Assembly: GCA_021813435.1 (NCBI GenBank)
Contig: JAKAKR010000012.1
Coordinates: 9,982-73,981 of the forward strand
Source of the DNA: Nanobdellota archaeon
Lineage (GTDB): Archaea > Nanobdellota > Nanobdellia > Woesearchaeales > UBA9642
Reading direction: 5' to 3'
Length of the DNA: 64,000 bases
Under the pieces are notes generated by a model that saw only the letters and a list, made by a program, of their open reading frames with translations, searched no databases and was not told the origin of the DNA. Position numbers and translations under genes: made by a program. This document shows, piece after piece, positions 1 through 10,624 of the stretch; position 1 is the stretch's first letter, and each line of letters opens with the position of its first letter.

Positions 1-2426
1 GTTGTTGTTGGTGGAGTAATATCAAGGAGTGCAGTAGTGTTTTTTGCAGTCTCGATATTGCCTGCATTGTCGACGCTGTAGAACGAAACACTATGGTTTC
101 CACTCGTGTTGATGACTATTGTCGTCCCATTTGCCCAGACTCCATCGACAGCATATGTGGTATAATTGACTCCGGATAATGCATCAGTTCTATTCAGTGT
201 GATGTTGAATGCTGCATTCTGCCAGACAGTTGCTCTTGCACCGACATTGCTGGTTGTGTTTGGAGCAGTGTTATCTTTGTAAAAGATAATCGAACTCGTA
301 GCATTGTTTCCGACAGGTGCCGGTCCATAATCGTAGGCTGTTACTGAAAGATTGTATGTGCCATCAGTGGAAACATTTGGCGTAAATACGCAATTGAACA
401 CTTCGCTGCCGACACTTATCGCATTACAATTTGCAGTGTTGGACGCGTTGGAGAAGCTTGCAACCACTGTTCCGTTGAGGGAGAAGTATGCTGCACTGAT
501 CTCTGTTCCTGTACCGTTCAATGTCACATTGATGAGATTCACATTCTGCAATCCCTGGCCCGAGATGGGGTAGTTGAATGCAATGATTGGTGCAACATTA
601 TCAGTCACATTGTATCCGGAGAATCCTCCAACAGTAAACTGGAGTGTTCCCTGCGGGACTAAGATGCTCATGTTCAACTGCGCAATGGTGATGTTGAACG
701 GTGTTCCCGGAGTCCACGAATCAATTGTAACTCCTGCAGTTCTGCTCGAATTATCCGCAAGGATTGCAGGCATTGTCGCAAATGGTATATTATACAATGT
801 GATTGTGGTATTAGTGTTGAGTTCTGCAAATGCAGTGTCATTCACATAGATCCTGGTGAGTCCGAACTCATGCGGCGCGCTGATATTGACCTGGAGCGCA
901 TTCTGGAGGTTTGCAAGCTTTGCACCAATGCCTGGCGAGGACATGTCAAGTGATGAGAAATTCATCATCATGACTGGCTGGAATCCCGTCCATGGCGATG
1001 AACCGTTTCCTTGTCCAGAAAGGCATGAACCATTCATTTCCATCTGGATTACAAAGTTCACGTTTGAAAAATTCATTTCCTTAGAGAAGTTTGTCGTCAG
1101 ATTGCCAAATCGCATGCAGGAGTTTGCGCCCATGGATGGAACGCCCATATCATGGAGCAGAATAGTAACAGGACTTGTGGTAAAATTCACATTGTTCACT
1201 GCATCCTCTGCAAGGAACGTAATCCCTGCACCTACTGGCGGCTGTCCATAAGCAGGTATCGCTGCTGTAACATTACAGGAACCCTCATAATATCCTGATG
1301 TTAGATTATACGTGAGGTTGAGCATTCCGCCGCTCGTACACGTAACGCCAGTCATGTTCGTGAAGTTTGCCTGGACAAAGGAAACACCACTGCCGCCGTC
1401 AGTCACATTCGCATGCACATGCACAGTATTGTCGTACGGCGAATAGAAGACATCAGTGTCAGTGCTATTATACGTAACAATTGCTGGCGATGTGGTGTCA
1501 TGTAAGAGTGTTTGATTATCTATGGTCTCATTATTACCCACAGAATCTACACTATAATAGCGGATATACGATACACCTTCAGTGCTCACATCTATGGGCG
1601 TACCATTAAATAGCGTTGATGGGGTGCAAGTTGGCCCGTTAGTACAATAATAAGTTGCGTTGCATCCGGACGCATCAGTACAGGAGAGGTTAATCGCAAG
1701 TACCGGGACACTTGTCCATACACCAAAGGCTGAGAAGCTGAGCGGTGTTGCAGTAGTTGTCGGCGGAGTAGTGTCAGTACCTTTTGCAGTCAAAGTAAGC
1801 GGATTTTGATTATAGAATGCAAATTTCACTGTTCCTGTTTGCAATCCTGCAACTCCTGCATGCAAATTGAATTGATGTCCAGCGGCGACTACACTTGAGG
1901 CAGTATTTATGGTAAAGTTTATCTGTACTTCTCCATTCATTGCTGTTGTTGTAGTATACGCATCATTGCCGTATCCCGAAGCATATCCATAACCATATCC
2001 CGCATAAGTCTCATTGCCTGTCGTATACTGTCCTGTTGTAGTATCATACCCGTAACCGTATCCTGCACCGGTTGTTGTTGTCGTGTAAACGGCATTATTT
2101 GTTACTGCATCAATACTTGCAATAGCACAAACTAAGGCATCAGAAGACAGGGCAGCATCTAAAGCATGTGTGGTGAAATTAAAATAACAATTATACGTTG
2201 TAGAAGTGTTTGCATCAATCAATTGGAGCGCAATAACATCCAAGGGGATATAATCTGTAGTGTGAATATCGACAGAAGCAGTATATTTCCAAACACCATT
2301 CGATGTTCCATCTGCAGTGTTGGTAATCCCGACAGTGATTGCCTGCGCAGGACCTGCAAACAGCAATGCAGCAATAATGGCTATCGTAATAGCCACTGAA
2401 AAGATTTTTGGAACATTTTTATTCAT
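1..2426 (-). CDS. Large secreted cell-surface protein, 3' partial (runs off the window start). It has a signal peptide ending AQA, is Thr/Asn/Gly/Tyr-rich with GYGYGY repeats, and carries many N-x-S/T sequons.
   Basis: Manual translation of the minus strand from the ATG at 2426 gives MNKNVPKIFSVAITIAIIAALLFAGPAQA. The frame was spot-checked open at 2040-2100, where it reads NNAVYTTTTTGAGYGYGYD. Plus-strand ORFs at 352-1251 are short shadow ORFs. Confidence 0.6.
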   Translation of the reverse strand, partial: MNKNVPKIFSVAITIAIIAALLFAGPAQAITVGITNTADGTSNGVWKYTASVDIHTTDYIPLDVIALQLIDANTSTTYNCYFNFTTHALDAALSSDALVCAIASIDAVTNNAVYTTTTTGAGYGYGYDTTTGQYTTGNETYAGYGYGYASGYGNDAYTTTTAMNGEVQINFTINTASSVVAAGHQFNLHAGVAGLQTGTVKFAFYNQNPLTLTAKGTDTTPPTTTATPLSFSAFGVWTSVPVLAINLSCTDASGCNATYYCTNGPTCTPSTLFNGTPIDVSTEGVSYIRYYSVDSVGNNETIDNQTLLHDTTSPAIVTYNSTDTDVFYSPYDNTVHVHANVTDGGSGVSFVQANFTNMTGVTCTSGGMLNLTYNLTSGYYEGSCNVTAAIPAYGQPPVGAGITFLAEDAVNNVNFTTSPVTILLHDMGVPSMGANSCMRFGNLTTNFSKEMNFSNVNFVIQMEMNGSCLSGQGNGSSPWTGFQPVMMMNFSSLDMSSPGIGAKLANLQNALQVNISAPHEFGLTRIYVNDTAFAELNTNTTITLYNIPFATMPAILADNSSRTAGVTIDSWTPGTPFNITIAQLNMSILVPQGTLQFTVGGFSGYNVTDNVAPIIAFNYPISGQGLQNVNLINVTLNGTGTEISAAYFSLNGTVVASFSNASNTANCNAISVGSEVFNCVFTPNVSTDGTYNLSVTAYDYGPAPVGNNATSSIIFYKDNTAPNTTSNVGARATVWQNAAFNITLNRTDALSGVNYTTYAVDGVWANGTTIVINTSGNHSVSFYSVDNAGNIETAKNTTALLDITPPTT

Positions 2427-2482
2427 TTCTAATCCCTCACCTAGTAATACACCCCAATTAAGAGGTGTACACGTATGAATAT

Positions 2483-2492
2483 TTATAAATAT
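2483..2492 (-). promoter_or_regulatory. TATA-like box (TTTATAAATA) upstream of the surface-protein gene.
   Basis: An A/T octamer matching the archaeal TATA consensus lies ~60 nt upstream of the ATG at 2426. It sits in a short intergenic gap. Confidence 0.25.
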
Positions 2493-2517
2493 TGCGGAAA
2501 AAACACTAATAGTATTA

Positions 2518-4113
2518 TTATGAACGAGTGATAACTATGATCACAATAACGAGTGCAAGGATGCTGATTATCATCCCGATGATAAAACCTACAGGCACCG
2601 GATGAGTAGTAGTGACCTGTTGTGCGGGGAGATGATAGATAGTGATGCATGAGTCTTCATGAACTATAGTCGCATTGATCTTATACGCAGGATAATGCGC
2701 GCAGTGGTCATAGAGGATATATTCGACTGCCTGATTTTCAAGGCAAGTGATTGATTGATTAGCAAGGCAGATCGTGATATTTTTCTGGAATGCAGTGGTA
2801 GTACCCCACGCATCAGGACCAGTCAGGATTATTGGTTTGACGATATTATTTATTGGTACAGGTATCCTGCCATCCGGACTCGCTCTTGTTGTCCAGTTAT
2901 AGGTGAGATATAGTTCCCAGGGGAGATAGATGCTCTTGCCCCGGATGACTTGTGCGTCCATATATGCTGCAGTGCTCTTGTAGGAGTCAGGATAATTGGT
3001 GGCATGGATTTGATTATTCAGGTTGATCAAAGGAAGTGAGAGGAGAGCTATGGTCATTACTGCAATAATTATGGGAATGAATTTCTTCATCTTTGACTGG
3101 AGATAAATGACTGCTTCAGGTATGAGAAATGCGTATGCTAATGCGACTAATGCGACGAATTTGTGACTGTCCCGAAAACCGTTAAAGAATGGAACATTAT
3201 TGAAGAGGAAACTAAAGAGGTTTTGCGTGAATGGATGACTGATACCCACTGCAAGTAAAATTCCCGCCCACCATAATGCAAAATAGAATGTATGCTTGGA
3301 ATTATGAAAATAGCCTATGAGGAAGAGAATTAATAATAATGCAAGGAGAATATACCATAAGACTATCGGCAGCATACGGTATGATGTTTGGTATCCGACC
3401 TCCCTCCAAAAGCCATACATAGACATTATTTTAGCAATCGCAGGGACATCCTGCGATAATTTAGGTGCAAAGAATGATTCGTGCGTTATGGTAATATCAT
3501 TAAAGATCTGGTTCTGAAATAATCCCTGAATCCAAAATGCTGAAAGGGCAATTGTTAATATGAGGAAGAGTACAACGGGTTTGAGTTTCCTATTATGCTT
3601 ATAGAAGAACAATGAGAGGAGAAATAACCCGATTGTTATCGCAAAAAATTGCGCCTGGATCGAGCCAATGATCGCTGCTACAATAATTGCTTTGTATAAC
3701 GAGGTTTTATCCTTGTCCAGAATATAATAGATAAAGACCGGGAGGAGTAAGTACGCTAAAATAACACCCAACTGCCCGACCATGATACGGCTATAAATGA
3801 ATGGATTAAAAAAATAAATAAACGCGAAGAGAAGCGGGTATTTTGAGAGTTTTTTGATGTAGAAGTAGGAGAGAAGCATAGCGATGAGAATACCTAACGT
3901 GAACATGAAACCGTAACTGAAGATAAATGTAAAAATAGAATTGTTAAAGGAGTAATTACTCATTAACATAACTTTCGTAAAACCGTGATAGATTGACGGT
4001 GTATAATCCAATAGTAATAGATTTTGAAAAAGATTAGAAAAAAATATGACTATAACTACGGCGGCGATAATCAAATAACCGTAATAATCCTTGGATTTCA
4101 CTTCGAAAGCCAC
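2518..4113 (-). CDS. Polytopic membrane protein with a C-terminal extracytoplasmic domain and a terminal TM anchor. Possibly a GT-C-fold glycosyltransferase or oligosaccharide polymerase.
   Basis: A 531 aa ORF with ~10 hydrophobic helices in the N-terminal 330 aa and a sequon-rich soluble tail. No WWDYG motif, so it is not a canonical AglB. It sits within the glycosylation cluster. Confidence 0.4.
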   Translation of the reverse strand: MAFEVKSKDYYGYLIIAAVVIVIFFSNLFQNLLLLDYTPSIYHGFTKVMLMSNYSFNNSIFTFIFSYGFMFTLGILIAMLLSYFYIKKLSKYPLLFAFIYFFNPFIYSRIMVGQLGVILAYLLLPVFIYYILDKDKTSLYKAIIVAAIIGSIQAQFFAITIGLFLLSLFFYKHNRKLKPVVLFLILTIALSAFWIQGLFQNQIFNDITITHESFFAPKLSQDVPAIAKIMSMYGFWREVGYQTSYRMLPIVLWYILLALLLILFLIGYFHNSKHTFYFALWWAGILLAVGISHPFTQNLFSFLFNNVPFFNGFRDSHKFVALVALAYAFLIPEAVIYLQSKMKKFIPIIIAVMTIALLSLPLINLNNQIHATNYPDSYKSTAAYMDAQVIRGKSIYLPWELYLTYNWTTRASPDGRIPVPINNIVKPIILTGPDAWGTTTAFQKNITICLANQSITCLENQAVEYILYDHCAHYPAYKINATIVHEDSCITIYHLPAQQVTTTHPVPVGFIIGMIISILALVIVIIVITRS

Positions 4114-4661
4114 CTAACGATTCTGAATTTTATAAACCAATTATGCAATTTTTCTGCCCAGCGATCAGACTTATTCCTGCGCCAATCATAAAACAAGTAT
4201 GCAAAACAGAATACTAATGTTAACGACGATATGAGTAATCCTAAGTAAAAATACGATTGCGGACGGAAATACAAAGACAACTCAGCGTTTATTGAACCAT
4301 CTGGATTTGTAGTGTAGTAATCGTGAGATTGCTTAATGGTTGATGTATCAATCAACCAACTATTCGCATATCCAAATATAATTGTGTGAGTATCTCGAAA
4401 AATATCTTGATTAAATATAAATCGTGTGTGATTTGTATGTGAATTGATCAAGTAAATTCTCCATTCGGGATTGTAATTATTTAGATAAACTAATGATGCG
4501 TTATCCGTGAGGTGATTTAATGAAATAATATACTCTTCATTGCTTACCTTGTTAATTGAACAGTTAACATTTTTGCAGTATAAAACATTTGAAGCATAGA
4601 CAGTTGGTATTGCTATCAGACCAAGTATCAATAAAATTATGCCGTAATTTAAAATTGTCAT
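4098..4661 (-). CDS. Hypothetical secreted or membrane-anchored protein with an N-terminal signal/TM and a C-terminal TM.
   Basis: A 187 aa ORF that overlaps its neighbours by a few nt in operon-like fashion. It has a hydrophobic N-terminus, a C-terminal helix and several sequons. Confidence 0.4.
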   Translation of the reverse strand: MTILNYGIILLILGLIAIPTVYASNVLYCKNVNCSINKVSNEEYIISLNHLTDNASLVYLNNYNPEWRIYLINSHTNHTRFIFNQDIFRDTHTIIFGYANSWLIDTSTIKQSHDYYTTNPDGSINAELSLYFRPQSYFYLGLLISSLTLVFCFAYLFYDWRRNKSDRWAEKLHNWFIKFRIVRWLSK

Positions 4662-5587
4662 AGTTTTCGCGCCTCTAAATAGATGTGATCAGATTCGAAT
4701 TTTATCAAATGCACCCCAATAAAGGTGATAGGTGTTAAACCTATTTCGAAAATACTCACGAGTATATCCCGGATTTTATATTTGTATAAGGATGAACGCG
4801 TTGACTTAATAATAGCATTCCCATTTCTTTTGGATATTTTTTTCCTCCTGTATCCGTGATTGAAAATTTTATCGTAAGTCATGGTTTTAATCCACATATA
4901 GGTGTCATGATTTGTAAATCTCAAAGGTTTGCAATAAACAACTTTAAATCCTTGGTTTTTTACAAGGTAATTTAATGATTCAGTTGTCCATTTAGTCAGG
5001 TGATGGGGTGGGCTATCACCTTGTTTAAAGATATAATCGGGTTTTCGAGTATAATTCGGTACAGAAATTACCAGTAAGCCATCTTTTTTTAATATTTTGT
5101 TACAACTCTGTATTAAACTCAAAGGGTTATCAACATGTTCAAGAACATCAATTAAGGTAACATAATCAAATCTACCGAATTTGAATAGTTTCGGCGAAGA
5201 TAAGGGAATATTATACACGTTCTTTAATCGATATTTTTGTTTACAAACATTTAGAGCAACACTATCAAAATCTAACCCATACACATTAAAGTTATACTTC
5301 TTAGCATGATGTATGAACCTTCCTGTTCCACACGCAATATCTATTAATTTTCCAGGCGTATTTCTTTTTATAAAATACTGCTGTGCTTCGTTAATATTGA
5401 ATCTATCAACATTATGTAAATCCAATTTTTCATAAAATTTTTCGTAAAATACACTTCCGGGATTCTTGAAAGGATCGCAAAATATTAGGCTACAATTACG
5501 ACAGGAGTATATCGCGTAGTTATTATAGCTATCAATACGTGTTGAATCTATAGTATTACATACTGGGCATTTTTTTCCATTTTTCAT
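4658..5587 (-). CDS. Class I SAM-dependent methyltransferase with an N-terminal CxxC..CxxC zinc ribbon.
   Basis: CPVCN...CRNC at the N-terminus. Motif I DIACGTGRF and a post-motif VISVPN are present. Confidence 0.65.
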   Translation of the reverse strand: MKNGKKCPVCNTIDSTRIDSYNNYAIYSCRNCSLIFCDPFKNPGSVFYEKFYEKLDLHNVDRFNINEAQQYFIKRNTPGKLIDIACGTGRFIHHAKKYNFNVYGLDFDSVALNVCKQKYRLKNVYNIPLSSPKLFKFGRFDYVTLIDVLEHVDNPLSLIQSCNKILKKDGLLVISVPNYTRKPDYIFKQGDSPPHHLTKWTTESLNYLVKNQGFKVVYCKPLRFTNHDTYMWIKTMTYDKIFNHGYRRKKISKRNGNAIIKSTRSSLYKYKIRDILVSIFEIGLTPITFIGVHLIKFESDHIYLEARKL

Positions 5588-5607
5588 TTAATACCTCATA
5601 TTTCGTA

Positions 5608-7320
5608 TTATGAATTTTTATTATCGCACACTTTATATATCTTTATATTATCAGTATTATATATACGCTCAAAATTTTTTTCAAAAAAAGGCAGCCATTG
5701 TTGCGGGCTCTTTATTTGATATTGTTGGGTATCAATATACCCCGACCATAGCACGTAATCTGTTGCAATGATATCCATGCTGTTGCAGAAGGACGTCACA
5801 TTATTATCCAGTATGGCTTGGTTTATAGGTCGTAATAATTTGGATGCCGATCCTGCTGAATTGGTATTCGCTAATACATTAAAATTTGTTGCAGTTTCAT
5901 AAACATTAAATCCTCTTGTTGAAAAGTTAAAAATAGGGAATGGCGTTATCGGCACTAATAAAATTCTTGTATCGCTCATATTAGTAGTTATATAATTTAT
6001 GGAATTAAGTACTTCAATGGGGACATGAATATTTGAACTATTGTAAAAGTCAGGAGTATAAAGTGGTCTGGCTAAGATTAATAACGGCAAGCAAAACACA
6101 ACAACAATTAATAATTTATGTCTCTGTTTATCTAATAAATGTTTCAAAAGCAGTCCAAGAGAGATAGTGAAAATGAATAATACCAAAAAATAAATTTTGT
6201 AGCTGTTTCTAAGCGCGTTAAAAAAAATAAAATTTCCGGACAGATATTTATAAATTGTATTAAATAATGGCGGCGCATGTACCCCCGACATCAAAAAAAT
6301 ACTAATAAGAAATAACGTCATTAATAATAGCGATATTTTTTTATACCGTGATTTACTCAATAACAGGAACATTAGAGCCAAAACAATCACTCCATAATAT
6401 GCAAGAAAGGTGTAATACGGGTTCAGATAATACGTCGTTGCAGAAGGTATTGAATACGCACCGTTATAATAATAGTAATAGGATGTCATTCCCATTATTT
6501 TATAGGTCTCAACTAGGTAGCTATTTGATTGGGTAAACGTAGGATTTTCTAGACTTAACATTTCGTTAACTAAAGGTCCCTGCGTAGTCTGTGGTAGAAC
6601 GATGGCTGTGTATATATATGGAAACCCCAGTAGTAAGAAGATCAAAAAAGATGATAAAATGAAGATACATAACTTTTTTAATGATATTTTTTTGTACAAA
6701 AAGCCCAATATGAGCATAAATAGAAGACCAAACGCGATATAAATATAAAAAATAACTTGAATCCCTAAAAATAAGAATAAAAATAGCGCAAATATCACAG
6801 AGTAGTAAAAAATATTATTGCATTCGTTATCAATAAATGATAGTAGTATATATACTAACAGCGGGAATAATGCATAAACCAGATTAAATGAGAAAGGCAT
6901 TACTGGCAAAAATTGTGATGGAACAAAGAAGATGTAAAAAAAACCTACTATAAGCTCTATAAGTTGGTTCGATTTTACAGCTAATAAAGACAAAATCTTC
7001 CTAAATGACAATCCTACGCCTATAGCGCCTAGAACATAAATGCCCCACCACAGCAGTATAACGCCGATTTTATGGCTAAATAATTTTGATAACACATTTA
7101 AAAACAGATAAAATGGCGCATAATACCCCGGTATTATACCTAAATCTTTGCCTGCCCATATGTTTATAAAGTTGGAAATGTGAAAATTATTGAAGCCCCA
7201 AAAGAATTCAAAATCAATATTAGACGCAATAATAAATTGTACTAATGGCAGCAAGGCTAATATTAGAATGTGCCAATTATCTTTAACAAATTTTTTGAAT
7301 TTGAATTGTTCTATAATCAT
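5608..7320 (-). CDS. Polytopic membrane protein of ~13 TM helices with a C-terminal soluble domain. Possibly a GT-C glycosyltransferase, polymerase or ligase.
   Basis: A 570 aa ORF with an extremely hydrophobic N-terminal 440 aa. It lies in the glycosylation cluster and has no WWDYG motif. Confidence 0.4.
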   Translation of the reverse strand: MIIEQFKFKKFVKDNWHILILALLPLVQFIIASNIDFEFFWGFNNFHISNFINIWAGKDLGIIPGYYAPFYLFLNVLSKLFSHKIGVILLWWGIYVLGAIGVGLSFRKILSLLAVKSNQLIELIVGFFYIFFVPSQFLPVMPFSFNLVYALFPLLVYILLSFIDNECNNIFYYSVIFALFLFLFLGIQVIFYIYIAFGLLFMLILGFLYKKISLKKLCIFILSSFLIFLLLGFPYIYTAIVLPQTTQGPLVNEMLSLENPTFTQSNSYLVETYKIMGMTSYYYYYNGAYSIPSATTYYLNPYYTFLAYYGVIVLALMFLLLSKSRYKKISLLLMTLFLISIFLMSGVHAPPLFNTIYKYLSGNFIFFNALRNSYKIYFLVLFIFTISLGLLLKHLLDKQRHKLLIVVVFCLPLLILARPLYTPDFYNSSNIHVPIEVLNSINYITTNMSDTRILLVPITPFPIFNFSTRGFNVYETATNFNVLANTNSAGSASKLLRPINQAILDNNVTSFCNSMDIIATDYVLWSGYIDTQQYQIKSPQQWLPFFEKNFERIYNTDNIKIYKVCDNKNS

Positions 7321-8390
7321 CTTCTTAAATGTTTAAAATAAAACATACCGATTTTATGAATCAAATTACTCGGTAATAAATAAGCCAGTAATATGATGAA
7401 ATTGTTCTTTACAGAGTATCTTGCTTGAGGAATAGTCTTAAAAACCAATGTTAAATTATCTGTAATATTTTTATTTTTAGCATTAAAATTTGGCGTTTTT
7501 GAAGCAATTCGTAGTAACCGTCCTTTAATTGAAAAAAAATCTTTTTCAAATGCTCGAAGGAGTAATCCTTTTAGATACGGTATCTCGATTTTATTTTTTC
7601 TGCAAAATATCACTAATTTATCGATAAATAATAAATATTGTTTAACTCCCTCAACAGTAGCGTTCATTTTATTACTTATATTTGGGTGGATACGGTAATC
7701 AATAAGTGGTTTATCGATATATGCACAAGGAGCCAAGCAGCAAATTGAAGATACAACCAAACTGTCGTGTCCATAAAATAATTCTGGATCTGAGCCGCCT
7801 ATTTTTTTGTATAATCGTTTATTAAAAATATGGTTTGGAAATGCTGTCGGTAATACCACGGCATATTTGCCTCCGCGCATAGGAATGCTCATCATAGTAA
7901 AATTACCCAACATATCTGTCTTCTCAAAAACAATAACATCGCGCATATTTCTGAAATAATCCTCTTTATGTATTCGTTTTCTTGTTACTTTATGTAAATA
8001 TTTGCCATTTGCATCTATAAAGTTATTTGCAGTTACAACAAATCCAATATCGGGTTTTTTTTGTATTACCTTCCAACAATTAGAAAGATACTCTTTATGC
8101 ATTAAATCGTCATCTGATAAAAATTGAATCCATTCTGTGTTTGATTCGTTAACCAAGCGGCGCATACTTTCGATATATCCTCTGTTTTTTTTATTAATAA
8201 TAACTTTTATGCGTTTGTCGGTATATCTTTTTAATGTATCTATTGTCCCATCAGTACATCCATCGACACATATTAAGATTTCAAACTCTTTGAAATTTTG
8301 CTTTAAAACTGAATCTATAGTGCATTTTAATAATTCGTTTCGATTGAATGTAGGGATACATACACTAATTTTTGGATTTGCATTTATCAT
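7317..8390 (-). CDS. Family 2 (GT-A) glycosyltransferase.
   Basis: KISVCIPTFNR...DG...DDD is the classic GT2 N-terminus with a DxD motif. The start was moved to the ATG at 8390 (MINANPKI) to avoid a 47-nt overlap with the upstream gene. Confidence 0.7.
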   Translation of the reverse strand: MINANPKISVCIPTFNRNELLKCTIDSVLKQNFKEFEILICVDGCTDGTIDTLKRYTDKRIKVIINKKNRGYIESMRRLVNESNTEWIQFLSDDDLMHKEYLSNCWKVIQKKPDIGFVVTANNFIDANGKYLHKVTRKRIHKEDYFRNMRDVIVFEKTDMLGNFTMMSIPMRGGKYAVVLPTAFPNHIFNKRLYKKIGGSDPELFYGHDSLVVSSICCLAPCAYIDKPLIDYRIHPNISNKMNATVEGVKQYLLFIDKLVIFCRKNKIEIPYLKGLLLRAFEKDFFSIKGRLLRIASKTPNFNAKNKNITDNLTLVFKTIPQARYSVKNNFIILLAYLLPSNLIHKIGMFYFKHLRR

Positions 8391-8394
8391 TTTG

Positions 8395-9507
8395 TTACTT
8401 ACCAAATTGTTTTTTAAAAACAGGCTTATATAGATCTTCATAATAATAAGCGTTTAATAAATTATGTACACCTTTTACATAATACTGATAGTTGTTCGCA
8501 ATTGTTAGTATCGCGCGATACAGCTGCTTTTCTGAATAATCAATAACTATCCCCGCATGGTATTTGTTAATTATTTTCGAAAATTCAACGCACGCAGTAG
8601 TAATTACAGGATAACCGTAACTAAGATATTGCTTTATTTTAGTAGGATCTCCGAGATATTTAACTGCATCAGGCATATATGGCGCAACTGCAATGTAGTT
8701 ATAATTCCCTAATAGAACTCTAAGTTGAACTTCATCAACCACAGGCGTATATACGCTAGTATTGTTATGCTGGTAAGTTGCATTGCCACCCACAAATACA
8801 AATTGGTATTTATCTAGATTTTTAGCCACACTATCGATTAATGCGATTCCTTTAGCCTTATCAAACGTCCCGATATATAATACTCTTTTTTCTGTTTTAA
8901 CTAATTTTTTTGTGTTATTATCTATGCCTAAGGACTGAACAAACCCTTTTTTTATGTTCGATCCACGAAAGTAATTTTTCAAACTGCGGGAGATATACCA
9001 TCGATGATCCGCATGCTTTAAGCTACATCCCAGAACTTTGGCAGTGATATTCGATTTTAAACGGGATATAATATTATTTTTACTGATTCGCATGATGTCG
9101 CCCACTATATATATCGTATGTAGTTTAAGTAAATTTCCAAAAAAGATTAAGTAGGGGTTAGAGGAGATTAGAACAATGTTCTTATTGAGGTTGCGTAATC
9201 TGATTGATGATAGATTCACAAAGAATGATAAATAATAAAGAATCACAGAAAATACATCTTTGCTTTTTGAAGTGTATGTCGCTGTGACTTTACTTAGGGA
9301 TCCTTTCTTAAAAACCGTGATGTTGCTATCACCATTATGGACTATATCTGGAAAATATATAGAGTACAAAATAACATCTTCATAATTCTCTACTAAATAC
9401 TTAGGAATCGACCCGAGATTGAAACCTACATCGAAATTAGCGTATATTATTAGACTATTATTTAAAGTGTTATTTAATTTCATCTTTAACAATTTCATTC
9501 CAGTCAT
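8395..9507 (-). CDS. GT-B-fold glycosyltransferase (GT1/GT4-like).
   Basis: A 370 aa ORF. The C-terminal half has a GT-B signature (LYIGTF...G.ALIDS...FVGG...P...GYPVITT). It has the 4-nt overlap architecture of its neighbours. Confidence 0.5.
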   Translation of the reverse strand: MTGMKLLKMKLNNTLNNSLIIYANFDVGFNLGSIPKYLVENYEDVILYSIYFPDIVHNGDSNITVFKKGSLSKVTATYTSKSKDVFSVILYYLSFFVNLSSIRLRNLNKNIVLISSNPYLIFFGNLLKLHTIYIVGDIMRISKNNIISRLKSNITAKVLGCSLKHADHRWYISRSLKNYFRGSNIKKGFVQSLGIDNNTKKLVKTEKRVLYIGTFDKAKGIALIDSVAKNLDKYQFVFVGGNATYQHNNTSVYTPVVDEVQLRVLLGNYNYIAVAPYMPDAVKYLGDPTKIKQYLSYGYPVITTACVEFSKIINKYHAGIVIDYSEKQLYRAILTIANNYQYYVKGVHNLLNAYYYEDLYKPVFKKQFGK

Positions 9508-10624
9508 ATTTTTTTACAAAATTATATGCCTTTTCAGCTAAGCGATGTCTTCTGCCTTCGTTGTTCAGGTACTGTAGTATCTTAGATGCGAAAATGTTTG
9601 TATTTGCAAACGGAATCCATTCAACATTATCTCTCCAAATCGGCACAATTTCCTTAAGATCATATGCCAATACTGGAACTTGAGCAGCCATAGCCTCTCC
9701 AATAACTATCGCCCAGTTTTCTTCATGGCTCGGAAGGACAAATAATTTTGCAGATTTAATTATTCTAAATTTTAAATTGAAATCATATATGGCTCCCAGT
9801 AGTATAATATTTGAATCTAAATTATTATCAGTAATGAATTTATTTATTTTATCAATTACCTCCTTATTTCCATCTCCAATTATGACGAGTGTTGCTCCGT
9901 GTCTTTTTTTGCATACTTCTTTCCAGATACTTAGAAGATCTAATACGCCCTTACCGTAGTTCAAACGCTTAATAAATACTGCATCATAATTCTTCTTTTG
10001 GACGGGAATTAAATTTATCTTAGCATAGTCAACGCCACAATACACTACGCGGATTTTACGTGAGGGAATGTGTTTAGTGCATATCAGTTTATTTTTCGTT
10101 ACTTTGGACACTGCCAGGATTTCGTCTGAAAAGTATTTAATAAGAAGACCGCTGATAACTCTATTAAGCCAATATGAATATCTTACGAACGCAGGAGTAT
10201 TCCCACGCGTATCTAACCACGGATATTCTTCTACCCAATGATATGCTGCGATCCATTTACTTTTTTGGGCTAATTTCACTCTCAAGGCAGGAAGAACATT
10301 ATAAATATGTTCACATGAACTATACACTATATCATATTGACTGTTCATGTAGCGAGATTTTATTATGGTTAATAGCGTAATGTAAAAATTTGAGGAGAAT
10401 GATGAACTTACAGAATAATTTATTGCTATTAATTTCGTGTACGGCACCTTAAGCTTCTTTGTTAATTCTTTGCCATTTTTGTTTGTTAATAAATGTACGT
10501 CATATTCATTCTGTTGGTAAATATGTCGCATGATTTCGAATAGTCTAATATCCCCGCCCGATATTGCGACTTTATTGTTATCTTTTGTTATACCGGTTGT
10601 AATAAATAATATTTTCTTTTTCAT
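9470..10624 (-). CDS. Family 4 glycosyltransferase (GT-B).
   Basis: An EX7E motif is present (SHEENWAIVIGEAMA). The ATGA start/stop overlap with wecB is typical. Confidence 0.7.
   Translation of the reverse strand: MKKKILFITTGITKDNNKVAISGGDIRLFEIMRHIYQQNEYDVHLLTNKNGKELTKKLKVPYTKLIAINYSVSSSFSSNFYITLLTIIKSRYMNSQYDIVYSSCEHIYNVLPALRVKLAQKSKWIAAYHWVEEYPWLDTRGNTPAFVRYSYWLNRVISGLLIKYFSDEILAVSKVTKNKLICTKHIPSRKIRVVYCGVDYAKINLIPVQKKNYDAVFIKRLNYGKGVLDLLSIWKEVCKKRHGATLVIIGDGNKEVIDKINKFITDNNLDSNIILLGAIYDFNLKFRIIKSAKLFVLPSHEENWAIVIGEAMAAQVPVLAYDLKEIVPIWRDNVEWIPFANTNIFASKILQYLNNEGRRHRLAEKAYNFVKKYDWNEIVKDEIK

Noticed and set aside
352-2399. Plus-strand ORFs (73-131 aa, 77 aa) overlapping the region.
   Set aside because: They are short and fragmented and lie antisense to a continuous minus-strand reading frame with a signal peptide. 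They were treated as shadow ORFs.
2518-7320. The two large polytopic membrane proteins considered as AglB/STT3 oligosaccharyltransferase.
   Set aside because: No WWDYG motif in either protein. A WWGIY string in the 570-aa protein lies inside an N-terminal TM helix, not in a C-terminal soluble domain.
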